Source of the DNA: an uncultured bacterium
GTDB lineage: Bacteria; Chlamydiota; Chlamydiia; Chlamydiales; SM23-39
Direction: 5' to 3'
Length of the DNA: 64,000 bases
NCBI GenBank assembly: GCA_964641775.1
Contig: CAZXLK010000001.1
Location: 144-64,143, forward strand
Shown here in pieces: positions 26,671 to 36,483 of the stretch (the first letter of the stretch is position 1; every line of letters starts with the position of its first letter). Made by a program: the position numbers and the translations under genes. The notes under the pieces were generated by a model, which did no database searches, had not been told where the DNA came from, and was given only the letters and a program-made list of their open reading frames with translations.

Positions 26671-27345
26671 ATGTTTGGACAAACCTTTTCTGTATCAGAT
26701 ATCCCTAAAGTTTTGATTTTGGCATTTTTGGAAATCCTTCTTTCCATGGACAATGCCATTATTCTTGGGCTCATTGCAAGCAAGTTGCCTCAAAGGCTGA
26801 GATCTCGAGCCCTTTTTACCGGTTTTGTCTCAGCTTGGGTCTTACGTATCATTGCTATTTTGGGACTTTCCTATTTTTTGCAATACCTTTGGATACAAGT
26901 CTTTGGAGGACTTTATCTCATCTATTTAGCCGTAAAATATTTTTTTAAGAAAAAAGATCATAGCGGCCTTCTCCCTAAACCTAAGGTCAATTTTTGGACA
27001 GCAGTCCTAATGATTGAGCTTTTCGATCTTGCATTTGCCATGGATTCCATTGTGTCAGGTCTTGCATTTATAGCCGGGCCGGGAGAACCAGTCCTCTTCC
27101 ATCCAAAAATCTGGATCGTCTATCTAGGAGGCATGATCGGTGTTTTTTTCATCCGTTATACCTCGCAGATCTTTAGCACATTTCTGATCCGCTTTCCTAG
27201 ATTAGAAACGGCCGCCTATATGATGATCGGATGGATTGGGTTAAAACTCATTTGCACAGCCCTAGCATTTACTTTCCCTTATTTTGATCTCGTTTTTTGG
27301 ACGGGTCTTGTACTATTCTTCCTGCTAGGATTTTTGTATGAGTAA
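26671..27345 (+). CDS. TerC-family integral membrane protein
   Basis: Internal start MFGQTF. Contains LEILLSMDNAIILG and ELFDLAFAMDSI. Confidence 0.85.
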   Translation: MFGQTFSVSDIPKVLILAFLEILLSMDNAIILGLIASKLPQRLRSRALFTGFVSAWVLRIIAILGLSYFLQYLWIQVFGGLYLIYLAVKYFFKKKDHSGLLPKPKVNFWTAVLMIELFDLAFAMDSIVSGLAFIAGPGEPVLFHPKIWIVYLGGMIGVFFIRYTSQIFSTFLIRFPRLETAAYMMIGWIGLKLICTALAFTFPYFDLVFWTGLVLFFLLGFLYE

Positions 27346-27790
27346 ACCCGAAAATGAACTCGTTTCCAATCGGCGTGCCTTTCATGATTATGAAATTTTA
27401 GATACGTATGAAGCCGGAATTGTTCTTCTTGGCACCGAAATTAAATCGCTGCGCAATCATGGAGGCTCTCTCCAAGATGCCTACATTGATCTAAAAGGGG
27501 GCGAGCCTTGGCTCATTAATTCCAGCATTGCCCCTTATTCCTTCGGCAATGTCTTCAACCATGAAGATAGGCGCCCCCGAAAGCTTTTGATGCATAAAGG
27601 CGAAATTGCCAAGCTCCGCAAGCAAGTAGCAGAAAAAGGACTTACCCTAATCCCCCTTGCTATCTATCTCAATAAAAAAGGGATTGCCAAAGTCCGTCTA
27701 GCAGTGGCCAAAGGAAAGAAGCTTTACGACAAACGGGCCGCCCTAAAAGAAAAGCAAATCAAACGATCCCTGCAGCGCGAAGAGGAATAA
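27338..27790 (+). CDS. smpB: SsrA-binding protein
   Basis: NRRAFHDYEILDTYEAGIVLLGTEIKSLR, with a basic C-terminal tail. Confidence 0.95.
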   Translation: MSKPENELVSNRRAFHDYEILDTYEAGIVLLGTEIKSLRNHGGSLQDAYIDLKGGEPWLINSSIAPYSFGNVFNHEDRRPRKLLMHKGEIAKLRKQVAEKGLTLIPLAIYLNKKGIAKVRLAVAKGKKLYDKRAALKEKQIKRSLQREEE

Positions 27791-27837
27791 ACAAAACGCA
27801 AATGTTCACGGGAGTGAGGAGAATTCCAATTGCTCCT

Positions 27838-27867
27838 TGACGAGAAGAAGTACAATCATTTATTTTG
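27838..27867 (+). promoter_or_regulatory. candidate sigma70-like promoter for dnaN (TTGACG - 18 nt - TATTTT)
   Basis: Hexamers read directly, ~25 nt upstream of the dnaN start. The -10 is weak. Confidence 0.25.
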
Positions 27868-27891
27868 CTATCATCAATTTTGAGGGGAACC

Positions 27892-29025
27892 ATGAAAGTA
27901 GTCATCGCTAAAGCCGATCTCGTCAATATCATTGCGAAAATCCAAAATATCGTACCGGCAAAACCTGCCATTCCTATTCTTGCCAATGTGCTTTTAGAAG
28001 CAGTCGATGATCAGCTCATTGTCAGCGCAACCGATTTGACAGTAAGCATACGGTGCTTTAGCCCGGCAAAAGTGATCGAAGAAGGATCGATCGCCCTTCC
28101 TGCCCGGAGATTTTTTCAGCTCATCCGAGAGCTCACTGCCCCACAAGTCAAAATTACGGCAGAAACCAATGAAACTGCTGAGATCACAACAGGAACTTCC
28201 GTTTTCAAAATCAATGGGATGAATAAATCTGAATTTCCCCATCTTCCCGATTTAGCAGGTTCGCCTGAGCTCCAACTCGGCAAATCAACTTTGAAAGAAA
28301 TGCTTTCCAAAACAGTCTTTGCTGCAGCTAAAGAAGACAGCCGTTTTACGTTAAATGGCGTCCAACTGCAAGTCGCAGGACAAAAAGCAACCTTCATTGG
28401 CACGGATGGGAAAAGACTCTCGAAAATTGCAGCCCCTGTTGCCATTGACCCTGCAATGCAAGGCTCTTACATCATTCCACTTAAAGCAGTTGAAGAAATG
28501 ATCAAAATCTTGGATGACTCTGAAACTGCTGCAACCTTGACAGTTGCCTATGACAAAGTCTCTTTGGAAACAGGATCGCTCACACTGATTTCCAAACTCC
28601 TTGCCGGCCAATATCCCGATGTCGATCGGGTCATTCCGGAAAAAGTGGTAAGTAGATTTTCCATGCATCGAGAAGAGCTCATGGCCCTTCTTCGCCAAGT
28701 ATCTCTATTTACGTCGGATACGAGCAACTCCGTCCGCTTTAGCTTTGAAACAGGCCAGCTCCACTTAACTGCTTTAAGCCATGAAATCGGCGAAGGGCGG
28801 GTAAGTATGCCTGTCGATTATTCAGGACCAAAGCTCGATATTGCATTCAATCCCTACTTTTTCCTCGACATTCTTCGCCATAGCAAAGATGAAACGATCC
28901 GCTTTGGATTGAATGATGCCCATAATCCCGGCATTGTTACCGATTCAACCAACGCCCTTTTTGTCATCATGCCCATGCGGCTCAATGAAAGCCCCCCTCC
29001 TGCCGTTGTAAATGCCGCAACTTAA
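27892..29025 (+). CDS. dnaN: DNA polymerase III beta sliding clamp
   Basis: Starts MKVVIAKADLVNIIAKIQNIVP. It has three-domain length, and a family-typical segment (LNDAHNPGIV) lies close to the C-terminus, which itself ends ...NESPPPAVVNAAT. Confidence 0.9.
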   Translation: MKVVIAKADLVNIIAKIQNIVPAKPAIPILANVLLEAVDDQLIVSATDLTVSIRCFSPAKVIEEGSIALPARRFFQLIRELTAPQVKITAETNETAEITTGTSVFKINGMNKSEFPHLPDLAGSPELQLGKSTLKEMLSKTVFAAAKEDSRFTLNGVQLQVAGQKATFIGTDGKRLSKIAAPVAIDPAMQGSYIIPLKAVEEMIKILDDSETAATLTVAYDKVSLETGSLTLISKLLAGQYPDVDRVIPEKVVSRFSMHREELMALLRQVSLFTSDTSNSVRFSFETGQLHLTALSHEIGEGRVSMPVDYSGPKLDIAFNPYFFLDILRHSKDETIRFGLNDAHNPGIVTDSTNALFVIMPMRLNESPPPAVVNAAT

Positions 29026-30070
29026 ATCTCTTTATTTGCGCAATTTTCGCAATTTCGATCAGGTTGAAATTGCCTTTTCCCCAGGTATTAACATCATCTG
29101 GGGCAATAATGCAGCAGGCAAAACAAATCTTCTCGAAGCGATTTCTCTTCTTGCAATGGGAAGATCTTTCCGGACGCAGCATCTATCGGAATTGATTCGA
29201 GAGGGCGAGTCTTTCTTTTTTCTTGCGGCGGAAATTCTTCTGGCCCAAGTGACCCATTCGATAAAACTCAACTTTGATGGACAAAACAAAAAGCTGCAGA
29301 TCGATTCTACAACGTTTAGTTCCTTCAATCCTCTTTTAGGAACTCTTCCTTTAGTCCTCCACTCCCCTGCCGATTCTGAGCTCATTTCAGGCTCTCCTAC
29401 CTATCGACGCCGTTTCCTTAACCTCCATCTTGCACAAAGCGATCCCATCTATATTCACCATTTCTCCCGCTTTTGGAGGGCCATGAAGCAAAGAAATGCC
29501 TTGCTTCGCACCCAAAAAATGGAAGAAATTGCACTTTGGGAAGAAGAAATGGCCCGCTCCGCAAATTATATCTACCAGAAAAGACATGAGCTAGTCTCCG
29601 AGCTCAAAGCTCCTCTAACCACTCATGGAAATGAGCTCATTTCCCGCGAGATGCATGAGATACGCTATCACCCCTCTTCTCCTGACAATTATTTGGAAAT
29701 TCTTAAAAAAAACCGAAAGCGCGACTCAGAGTTGGGACTTACGACAGCGGGGCCTCATCGAGATGATCTCTCTTTTTGGATTGGAAATGCTCCGGCAAAA
29801 ACCTTTGCAAGCGAAGGGCAGAAAAAAACAGCAGCTGCTGCCCTCAAACTGGCCGAATGGGATAGGTTAGCGCATCGCCTCGCCATCCAGCCTCTCATGG
29901 CCGTCGATGATATCGGCCTTGCCTTAGACCCAACGAGACAAACCCAATTTCAAACCAAGCTTGAAAATCTTTCCCAAGTTTTCATCACAACCCCCTATCC
30001 ACCTAAGGACCAAGGTTCTCATATTCAAATACACCAGGGAAAAATTATCCCATCCCGCACTCTTTTTTGA
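29012..30070 (+). CDS. recF: DNA replication and repair protein RecF
   Basis: LRNFRNF..GNNAAGKTNLLEAISLL (Walker A) and GPHRDDL. It overlaps the dnaN end. Confidence 0.9.
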   Translation: MPQLKSLYLRNFRNFDQVEIAFSPGINIIWGNNAAGKTNLLEAISLLAMGRSFRTQHLSELIREGESFFFLAAEILLAQVTHSIKLNFDGQNKKLQIDSTTFSSFNPLLGTLPLVLHSPADSELISGSPTYRRRFLNLHLAQSDPIYIHHFSRFWRAMKQRNALLRTQKMEEIALWEEEMARSANYIYQKRHELVSELKAPLTTHGNELISREMHEIRYHPSSPDNYLEILKKNRKRDSELGLTTAGPHRDDLSFWIGNAPAKTFASEGQKKTAAAALKLAEWDRLAHRLAIQPLMAVDDIGLALDPTRQTQFQTKLENLSQVFITTPYPPKDQGSHIQIHQGKIIPSRTLF

Positions 30071-30073
30071 GAG

Positions 30074-31684
30074 TCATTTGGCGAATTGATTTTCGGTCGA
30101 TTTTACTCCACTTGCGCCGGTCGATGATCGATAATCGGTGACAGCGTCTTGCTGGGCGCCGATGAGCTCAACGCCTGACCATTTTTGATGCGTGAGCACA
30201 TCTACTTTTGCATCGCGCTCTTTTCTCTGAATATTCTCTACATAGGCTAGCATTTTTCTTTCTGCAAAATCCTTTGCAAAGGTTTTAGCAAATAGAGCAT
30301 CGCCATGAAACCCTGCCAAAGTGATGAATTGCCAGACATAGCCAAGCGCGCCAAGCTGATCTTGATAGGCTGCAATTTCATGATCGCTCATCCCAAACTT
30401 ATCCCAGTTAAAGGAAGGAGAAAGATTATAGGCTAAAAATTTATTGGGGAAAACTTGGTGGACGCCATGAGCAAATCTTGAAGCCTCCTCAATGAAAGGC
30501 GCTGCCGTTTCCATCCACAGCATATCCGCGTAAGGGGCAAAAGCTATGCCTCTAGCAATGCCCATCTCCACTCCCCCTTTGATCTGATAATAGCCTTCAA
30601 AAGTACGGGGAATTTCCCAGTCCCAAGCAATTTCTACACCGAGTTCTTTGGCAAGGGCCACCGCCTCTTTATGGGAAAGAGTGTTCGCCCTCTTCCACCT
30701 TCTCAAAAGCTCCCCTTCTAAATTTTCGGATACGGCATCAAAATAGGTTTTTAAGTCGGCCTCTTTGAACCAATCAGCCACGACTGCCTCGATCTCCTCT
30801 TTTTCCGCTTGACCCAAGTTCCGGATCACCTCTGCAAGAGCAGGGAGTTTTATATTGCACGTTCCAAGAATGAAAGGATGATCCCTTGGATCAATATTTG
30901 TATCGAGAAGAGTCGCCCCTTCTGCATCTGTTCGGGCTACAATGAGAAGATCGGATCCCATGATATCTGCTTGAAGCCGCGCTGCAATAAGCCGATCGCA
31001 ATGCTCCTGCGTTGAGACGAGCACCTTGCCCGACATGTGGCCACATTTTTTTGTGCCCGGTTTTTGGTCTTCCAAATGGATCCCGGCAGCTCCCCTTTGA
31101 ATGAACATTTTGGTTAGCTTCATGACAGCCGATAGGCCTCCATGCCCTGTGTCGGCATCAGCGATGATAGGACGAAGATAATCAAGTGCGGGTTTGGCCT
31201 CTCTTTCAGCTGCCGTCATCCGCCATCTATTTTCTCTTTGTTTGCGATCGTGAAATCTTTGTGCTTGGAAAAGCTGCTCCACTTTATTGGGAACGGTATC
31301 CATCGGGTAATCGGCAAAATCAGGCCCCGGTTCATTCGATGTGGAAGCTGTGGATGAGCATTGCCATCCGCTTACGTAAATGCTTGTCAAATGCTCTGCC
31401 ATCTCAATGACTTGGATCGGGTCTAGCGCGCCAAAAGTGTGGGAATAACTCCCCTCTTTTTGCATTTTCTTGAACATTAGCCATGCTTTTTTTGCCATGG
31501 CACTTGAAGGATACTCTTGATGGATGCTCTCTCTTAATGCAGCGACTTTTTGAGCAGTATAAGGTCTTCGAATGTCTGAATGACGCTCTTCTTTCCACCA
31601 AGAAGCGATTTTTTCAGGTGCATGTTGATCAAGCCCATCTTCGGCATAAACGAATAGGGCAAAGCAAAGGATTAGAAATTTCAT
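30074..31684 (-). CDS. aceA: isocitrate lyase (long form)
   Basis: Contains the KKCGHMSGKVLV signature, IIADADTGHGG and the EDQ region. The N-terminal 20 aa are hydrophobic. Confidence 0.9.
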   Translation of the reverse strand: MKFLILCFALFVYAEDGLDQHAPEKIASWWKEERHSDIRRPYTAQKVAALRESIHQEYPSSAMAKKAWLMFKKMQKEGSYSHTFGALDPIQVIEMAEHLTSIYVSGWQCSSTASTSNEPGPDFADYPMDTVPNKVEQLFQAQRFHDRKQRENRWRMTAAEREAKPALDYLRPIIADADTGHGGLSAVMKLTKMFIQRGAAGIHLEDQKPGTKKCGHMSGKVLVSTQEHCDRLIAARLQADIMGSDLLIVARTDAEGATLLDTNIDPRDHPFILGTCNIKLPALAEVIRNLGQAEKEEIEAVVADWFKEADLKTYFDAVSENLEGELLRRWKRANTLSHKEAVALAKELGVEIAWDWEIPRTFEGYYQIKGGVEMGIARGIAFAPYADMLWMETAAPFIEEASRFAHGVHQVFPNKFLAYNLSPSFNWDKFGMSDHEIAAYQDQLGALGYVWQFITLAGFHGDALFAKTFAKDFAERKMLAYVENIQRKERDAKVDVLTHQKWSGVELIGAQQDAVTDYRSSTGASGVKSTENQFAK

Positions 31685-31753
31685 AGTCAGTGAATATCGA
31701 TGAAGGAAATATTTTGCGTCAAATAAAAAAATCTGTTAACGAAAAGGTTAGCT

Positions 31754-32365
31754 ATGAGAATAACCCTTCTTCTTCTACTTCTTCAAGTGGGATTCGGGCT
31801 CACTCCTGATGATGCCTTAAAAAGGCTAATGGATGGAAACGGACGCTACATAAAGGATGCCTTGCAACATCCAAATCGCACATCAGAAAGAAGAGAAGCC
31901 ACAACCGCAAAACAATTTCCATACGCAGTGATCGTTGGCTGCTCCGATTCTAGGGTAGCTCCTGAAATCATTTTTGATGAAGGAGTCGGAGATCTTTTTG
32001 TTGTAAGGGTGGCCGGAAATGTAATAGGGCAAATAGAACAAGAAAGCATCCAATATGCTGTGCAAGTGCTCGGCTCTGTTTTCATCCTGGTGTTGGGACA
32101 TGAAAATTGTGGCGCTGTTCAAGCAGTAGTGGATGGAAAAACCGAAACAATTCCCGCAATCGCATCGATCATCGAGCCTGCAATCCAAGATGCAAAGGAA
32201 GAAAAAGCAAAGGATCTTCTTGCCTCTTCGATCAAAGAAAATGCCATTCATATGAAAGATCTTATTTTACAATCTTCTGTGATTAAGAGTTTTGTAGACA
32301 AGAAAAAAGTTGCCCTGCAACCAGCCTATTATAATTTACAAACCGGAAAAGTAGACCTACTTTAG
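31754..32365 (+). CDS. beta-class carbonic anhydrase with signal peptide
   Basis: Contains GCSDSRV and GHENCGAV. The N-terminus reads MRITLLLLLLQVGFG. Confidence 0.85.
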   Translation: MRITLLLLLLQVGFGLTPDDALKRLMDGNGRYIKDALQHPNRTSERREATTAKQFPYAVIVGCSDSRVAPEIIFDEGVGDLFVVRVAGNVIGQIEQESIQYAVQVLGSVFILVLGHENCGAVQAVVDGKTETIPAIASIIEPAIQDAKEEKAKDLLASSIKENAIHMKDLILQSSVIKSFVDKKKVALQPAYYNLQTGKVDLL

Positions 32366-32368
32366 AAA

Positions 32369-33328
32369 ATGTTAGCATTCTCCGTTTTTTTAGTTTCCTC
32401 ATTTTTTCTTTTTGGATCTGTTGAGAACTCAATCACTTCTCTCATAGACAAAAAAATCAAGATCACTTCTTCAAAAAAATATACACAGAATCATTTTCAA
32501 GAGATGGTTCATGCGATAGAAAAAAAAGAAAATAAGCTTCGCATCGTAACCTACAACATGCTCATGGAGAAATTCGATAAATCTCACGAAGAGGTCCATC
32601 ATTGGGCGAAACGGTTGCCAAGGATCGTAGAGCTAATTGTTGAAATGGATGCCGATGTCATTGGAACTCAGGAGTTAGATGCAAAGCAAGCCCGTGAGCT
32701 GATGGCGCATCTTCAAACTTATGAGTTTTTTGGAAAACCTAATAGAGAAGGAGAATACAAGGGAATTTTATACCGCAGATCGAGACTTGAGCTATTGGAA
32801 GGCAAATATTATGTGATCCAAGGATCGAAAGCAGGTCTTACGAAGGTGTTGTTATTGGATAAAAAAACGGGCAAAAAATTCTCTCTTCTCAATACCCACT
32901 TTGCTTTTAGCGGAGGTCCGGATAAAAGGGAGCTCGAAACTAAATTTGTCATCAAGAAGATGGAAGAAATATCAAAAGAAATGCCGGTATTATTTGTTGG
33001 GGATTTAAATACCTTTCCCAATTGGCGTGAATTCAGTTTTCCTGCTTATGATGGACCTTCTATCCACCAAATGTTTATTAAAGCCGGCTTTTGGAATGCC
33101 GAAGATGTGGCCCTTTTTGGACACCTTGGCCCAATTTCCACATTTACCAATGCTCCTCCTTCCACCACCTCATTTCGAGGATTCGGCTCTCCCGGTGTTA
33201 TCTTAGATCATATCTATGTCTCAGATGGAGTTGTGGTGCTCATTCATGCTGTAGAGACAGGGACAGTTGATGGGCATTTCCCCTCTGATCATATGCCTGT
33301 CATCGCCGACATTTTATTGAGTCGATAG
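32369..33328 (+). CDS. endonuclease/exonuclease/phosphatase (EEP) family protein with signal peptide
   Basis: Contains LRIVTYNML, VIGTQEL, GDLNT and PSDHMPVIADI. Confidence 0.8.
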   Translation: MLAFSVFLVSSFFLFGSVENSITSLIDKKIKITSSKKYTQNHFQEMVHAIEKKENKLRIVTYNMLMEKFDKSHEEVHHWAKRLPRIVELIVEMDADVIGTQELDAKQARELMAHLQTYEFFGKPNREGEYKGILYRRSRLELLEGKYYVIQGSKAGLTKVLLLDKKTGKKFSLLNTHFAFSGGPDKRELETKFVIKKMEEISKEMPVLFVGDLNTFPNWREFSFPAYDGPSIHQMFIKAGFWNAEDVALFGHLGPISTFTNAPPSTTSFRGFGSPGVILDHIYVSDGVVVLIHAVETGTVDGHFPSDHMPVIADILLSR

Positions 33329-34289
33329 CCTCTTCTGCATCCTTGTTAAAGATCAACGGTAATTTTTCTTCTAAAACGGATTCCATGATTTTTTTAAAAT
33401 CCTGGAATTTTCTCATTGGATGGAGTCCGGAGCCACCCCCAAAGTGAATGAGATGATAATCAATGTAAAATTCCATGTGGGGTGTTGGCCATTTGATCCG
33501 AGCCTTCGCAAGAGACTCGAGGCCAAATTTTGCGAAAGCTTCTTTCGTATAGGGAGAGAAATCAGAAATGGATCGTCGCGGGAACAGCCGAAAGGCTACA
33601 TCGGGATTCTCTTTTAAATAATGAAAAGAATGAGAGCCCGAATCACATACCCACCCATCTACCAAATCAACATGGAATTTAAGATCTCTTAAATTGGGTA
33701 ACCTTTGAGGATCAAAAGCTATAAAAGGAACCCACAAATAATGCCTGCCATGAAAATCGCTATCAATCCCAACAATTGGAACATCAGTTAAAAGCTCTCG
33801 AATGCTAAATGGTTTCATTGGAAAGACATCTCCATCCAAAATGACAACGATGTCATCGTGATCATATCCATGTGTATCAAGAGCATATTGGATCACATGG
33901 CAATGGCGAATAGAGACATGCTCATAAATTTTCTGAATCTCAGGGATTTCATCTTTCAATGGAATACGGAAAAAATCATTACCCGTCTCAGTGCTAAGTG
34001 CTCTCTGAATTTCCAGATTTAAAGGATTATCCGCATGCCACGAAGGATCATAATCGACACATTTCACTCCGAAGAGATCGCAAGTATTGCGAATTGCATT
34101 TTGTTTTTCTTCATTGAAACCATCATTAAAAACAATGAGCTCATAGTCATCGAGGAGAAACTTTTGCAAAGCTTTATGCTGATATTCAATAAATCCTGTG
34201 TGATTTGCCTGAAATGTTAAGATCCGGATCTTTGCTCCGAGTTGAAAAGAGACGAAACAAAAAATGAGAGCTAAGATCAATCGTTGCAT
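33300..34289 (-). CDS. signal-peptide protein with GT-A-like glycosyltransferase features (tentative)
   Basis: ELIVFNDG and the DxD-like VVILDGDVFP are present, with the N-terminus MQRLILALIFCFVSFQLGA. Confidence 0.45.
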   Translation of the reverse strand: MQRLILALIFCFVSFQLGAKIRILTFQANHTGFIEYQHKALQKFLLDDYELIVFNDGFNEEKQNAIRNTCDLFGVKCVDYDPSWHADNPLNLEIQRALSTETGNDFFRIPLKDEIPEIQKIYEHVSIRHCHVIQYALDTHGYDHDDIVVILDGDVFPMKPFSIRELLTDVPIVGIDSDFHGRHYLWVPFIAFDPQRLPNLRDLKFHVDLVDGWVCDSGSHSFHYLKENPDVAFRLFPRRSISDFSPYTKEAFAKFGLESLAKARIKWPTPHMEFYIDYHLIHFGGGSGLHPMRKFQDFKKIMESVLEEKLPLIFNKDAEEAIDSIKCRR

Positions 34290-34410
34290 GGTTTCCCCCT
34301 AAAAGCCTGCAGACTATAGCCAAGCTCATCAAAAGATGCAATCTGTAAAAATTATTTTTAAAAAAATGAATCTGTGATATACCTAACCAGCTTTTTTACA
34401 AGGAGGCAAG

Positions 34411-36144
34411 ATGAAGAAGATTCTGTTATTCATGTTCGCTTGCATTGGTCTTCATGCAACTGCTTTCAATTTGCAGTCATCCTATAACGTGGTATCGACT
34501 TGGCCCGGCGGCTATCAAATTGAAGTTGCATTGAAAAACACATCACAAGCAGATACCACAAGTTGGTCTGCTACATTTAGTTTACCTGCCGGTCAAACGA
34601 TTAGCAGTTTATGGAATGCAAATTTCACAGCATCAGGACAAACCATTTCGGTAACAAATCCATCCTGGTTTGGCGGCGGGGTCATAAAAGCCGGAGCCTC
34701 TTGGACTTTTGGCGTTGTGATTAACAATCCTCAAAACACCGCGAATGGTTTGATTGGCCTTGCGGCAGTTGGAAATGGGACAGCTGTTTTGCCAGTGCCA
34801 ACAGCACCAAAACTCAATGCCATCACTGCCAGCTCCAATAATTATCAAGTCTCATGGAATAGCGTTGCAAATGCAGCCTCCTATTCGCTGCAGCAATCGA
34901 CCAATACATCTTTTACAAACCCGACAACTGTTCAGCAGGGAGCGAGCTTATCTCATTCTTTCACCAATCAGCCAAACGGGACCTATTATTACCGGGTAAA
35001 TGCATCGAATTCATCAGGGATCAGCCCTTGGAGTAATATCCAAACTGTTACAATCAATATTCCTATAACGCTTGCAGCCCCAGTGCTTTCTGCAATTTCC
35101 AACCCATCCAAATCAGGAAATTATACAGTATCTTGGAGTAGTGTTACAAATGCACAAAACTATACGCTGCAAGTTTCATCGTCGTCCGGCTTTACTAGCC
35201 CTCAAACAGTGGCAACGACAACATCAACATCATTTAATGTTACCAATCAGGCGCAAGGAACTTACTATTATAGAGTTATTGCAAATGCCTCCGGCGTGAC
35301 AAGCAATCCCAGCAATGTGCAAAGCACAACTGTTGTCAATGCAACAGCCAATTGCCATTTGGATGCGTATTGGGAATCGTGGAATTCTGCAGATCCCCTA
35401 TCAGCCATTGCCGCAATGAAATTTGATACAGTATCCATTTCTTTTGGAACGTTTCAATCAACCGGCAATAATACATTCATCGTTACCGGACTCGATTGCA
35501 GCCAGGCAAATCTTACGCAATTTGTCAATTTGGTCCATGCAGCCGGGAAAAAAGTTAAAATTTCCATTGGCGGTGCGTCATATCCTATCTCAAGTTATTT
35601 AACAACAACTGCTGCAGCAGCAGGCTGCGCACACGCCATTGCAAATTTCGTAGTTGCAAATAGTTTAGATGGCGTCGATTTGGATATCGAAGATTACCCG
35701 GCAGCAAGCAATCAAATTGCCCTTATCCAAAATCTTCGCTCGCTTCTTCCAAATGCCGACATCAGCTACACGCCAGGCACCCCTGCAATGCAAATCCAGG
35801 CGTTTCATGATGTGATTATTGGGTCTCATCAATACCTAACAAAAATCAGCTTTATGGCATACGATTATGGCTCAGGATATAATTATACCCAAGATGTGCA
35901 GGCAATGCTTACAGCAGGTATTCCATCCACTAAGATCATGATCGGTCTCATGCCTGGAAAAGATGATTTAGGGGCTCTTACCTCTTTATCAAATATCTCG
36001 AGTGCAGCAAGTTATTGCGTCACCAACAAACTGGCCGGTCTCATGTTTTGGGATTTAAACCGAGACTATGAAAACACAACCGGTTTAGGTAATTCAGCAG
36101 CAACCAATACTGCCTACCCCATTCTTCATGGGACAGCGCCATAA
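34411..36144 (+). CDS. secreted GH18 chitinase with N-terminal CBM2-like module and two Fn3-like repeats
   Basis: It has a signal peptide. The CBM-like module reads WPGGYQIEVALKN..WSATFSLP..WNANF..WTFGVVIN. Two ~85-aa repeats each end in GTYYYRV. The GH18 catalytic motif is LDGVDLDIEDY. Confidence 0.85.
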   Translation: MKKILLFMFACIGLHATAFNLQSSYNVVSTWPGGYQIEVALKNTSQADTTSWSATFSLPAGQTISSLWNANFTASGQTISVTNPSWFGGGVIKAGASWTFGVVINNPQNTANGLIGLAAVGNGTAVLPVPTAPKLNAITASSNNYQVSWNSVANAASYSLQQSTNTSFTNPTTVQQGASLSHSFTNQPNGTYYYRVNASNSSGISPWSNIQTVTINIPITLAAPVLSAISNPSKSGNYTVSWSSVTNAQNYTLQVSSSSGFTSPQTVATTTSTSFNVTNQAQGTYYYRVIANASGVTSNPSNVQSTTVVNATANCHLDAYWESWNSADPLSAIAAMKFDTVSISFGTFQSTGNNTFIVTGLDCSQANLTQFVNLVHAAGKKVKISIGGASYPISSYLTTTAAAAGCAHAIANFVVANSLDGVDLDIEDYPAASNQIALIQNLRSLLPNADISYTPGTPAMQIQAFHDVIIGSHQYLTKISFMAYDYGSGYNYTQDVQAMLTAGIPSTKIMIGLMPGKDDLGALTSLSNISSAASYCVTNKLAGLMFWDLNRDYENTTGLGNSAATNTAYPILHGTAP

Positions 36145-36153
36145 GGCATTTTT

Positions 36154-36184
36154 AAGCCGCGGAGAGAGTAGCCGCGGCTTTTTT
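36154..36184 (+). terminator. rho-independent terminator AAGCCGCGG-loop-CCGCGGCTTTTTT
   Basis: 9-bp GC stem followed by a T-run, directly after the chitinase stop. It overlaps the cyoD stop on the other strand. Confidence 0.7.
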
Positions 36185-36482
36185 ACTCGTACATCCACGG
36201 CATCATATTGTGATTGAGGTGCTCCATAATCCAAATGGAGAAAAAGATGATAATTCCAATGACCCCTAACGTGGAGGCATAAACGAGAAGATTCCATCTT
36301 GAACCTTTGACACTTAGGACATTCAGGAAAAAAATCGACTGCACCGATGCTTGCAAGATGGCCAGCATCAGTATGAACAAACTGGCCATTTTTATTTTCA
36401 GCGCGATTAAAAAAAAGGCTAGCATTGTAAGGATTAAGGAAGAGACATATCCTATAATTCTAGAAGTTAATGAACTATGCAT
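36183..36482 (-). CDS. cyoD: cytochrome o-type quinol oxidase subunit IV
   Basis: 99 aa with 3 TM segments, positioned after cyoC. Confidence 0.8.
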   Translation of the reverse strand: MHSSLTSRIIGYVSSLILTMLAFFLIALKIKMASLFILMLAILQASVQSIFFLNVLSVKGSRWNLLVYASTLGVIGIIIFFSIWIMEHLNHNMMPWMYE

Positions 36483-36483
36483 A

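Noticed and set aside
27791-27891. Replication origin upstream of dnaN, and a tmRNA gene next to smpB
   Set aside because: dnaA is not adjacent, and I see no cluster of DnaA-box-like 9-mers. The spacer is only ~100 nt, and no tRNA-like acceptor/T-arm sequence (GGTTCGAATCC-type) is visible anywhere near smpB.
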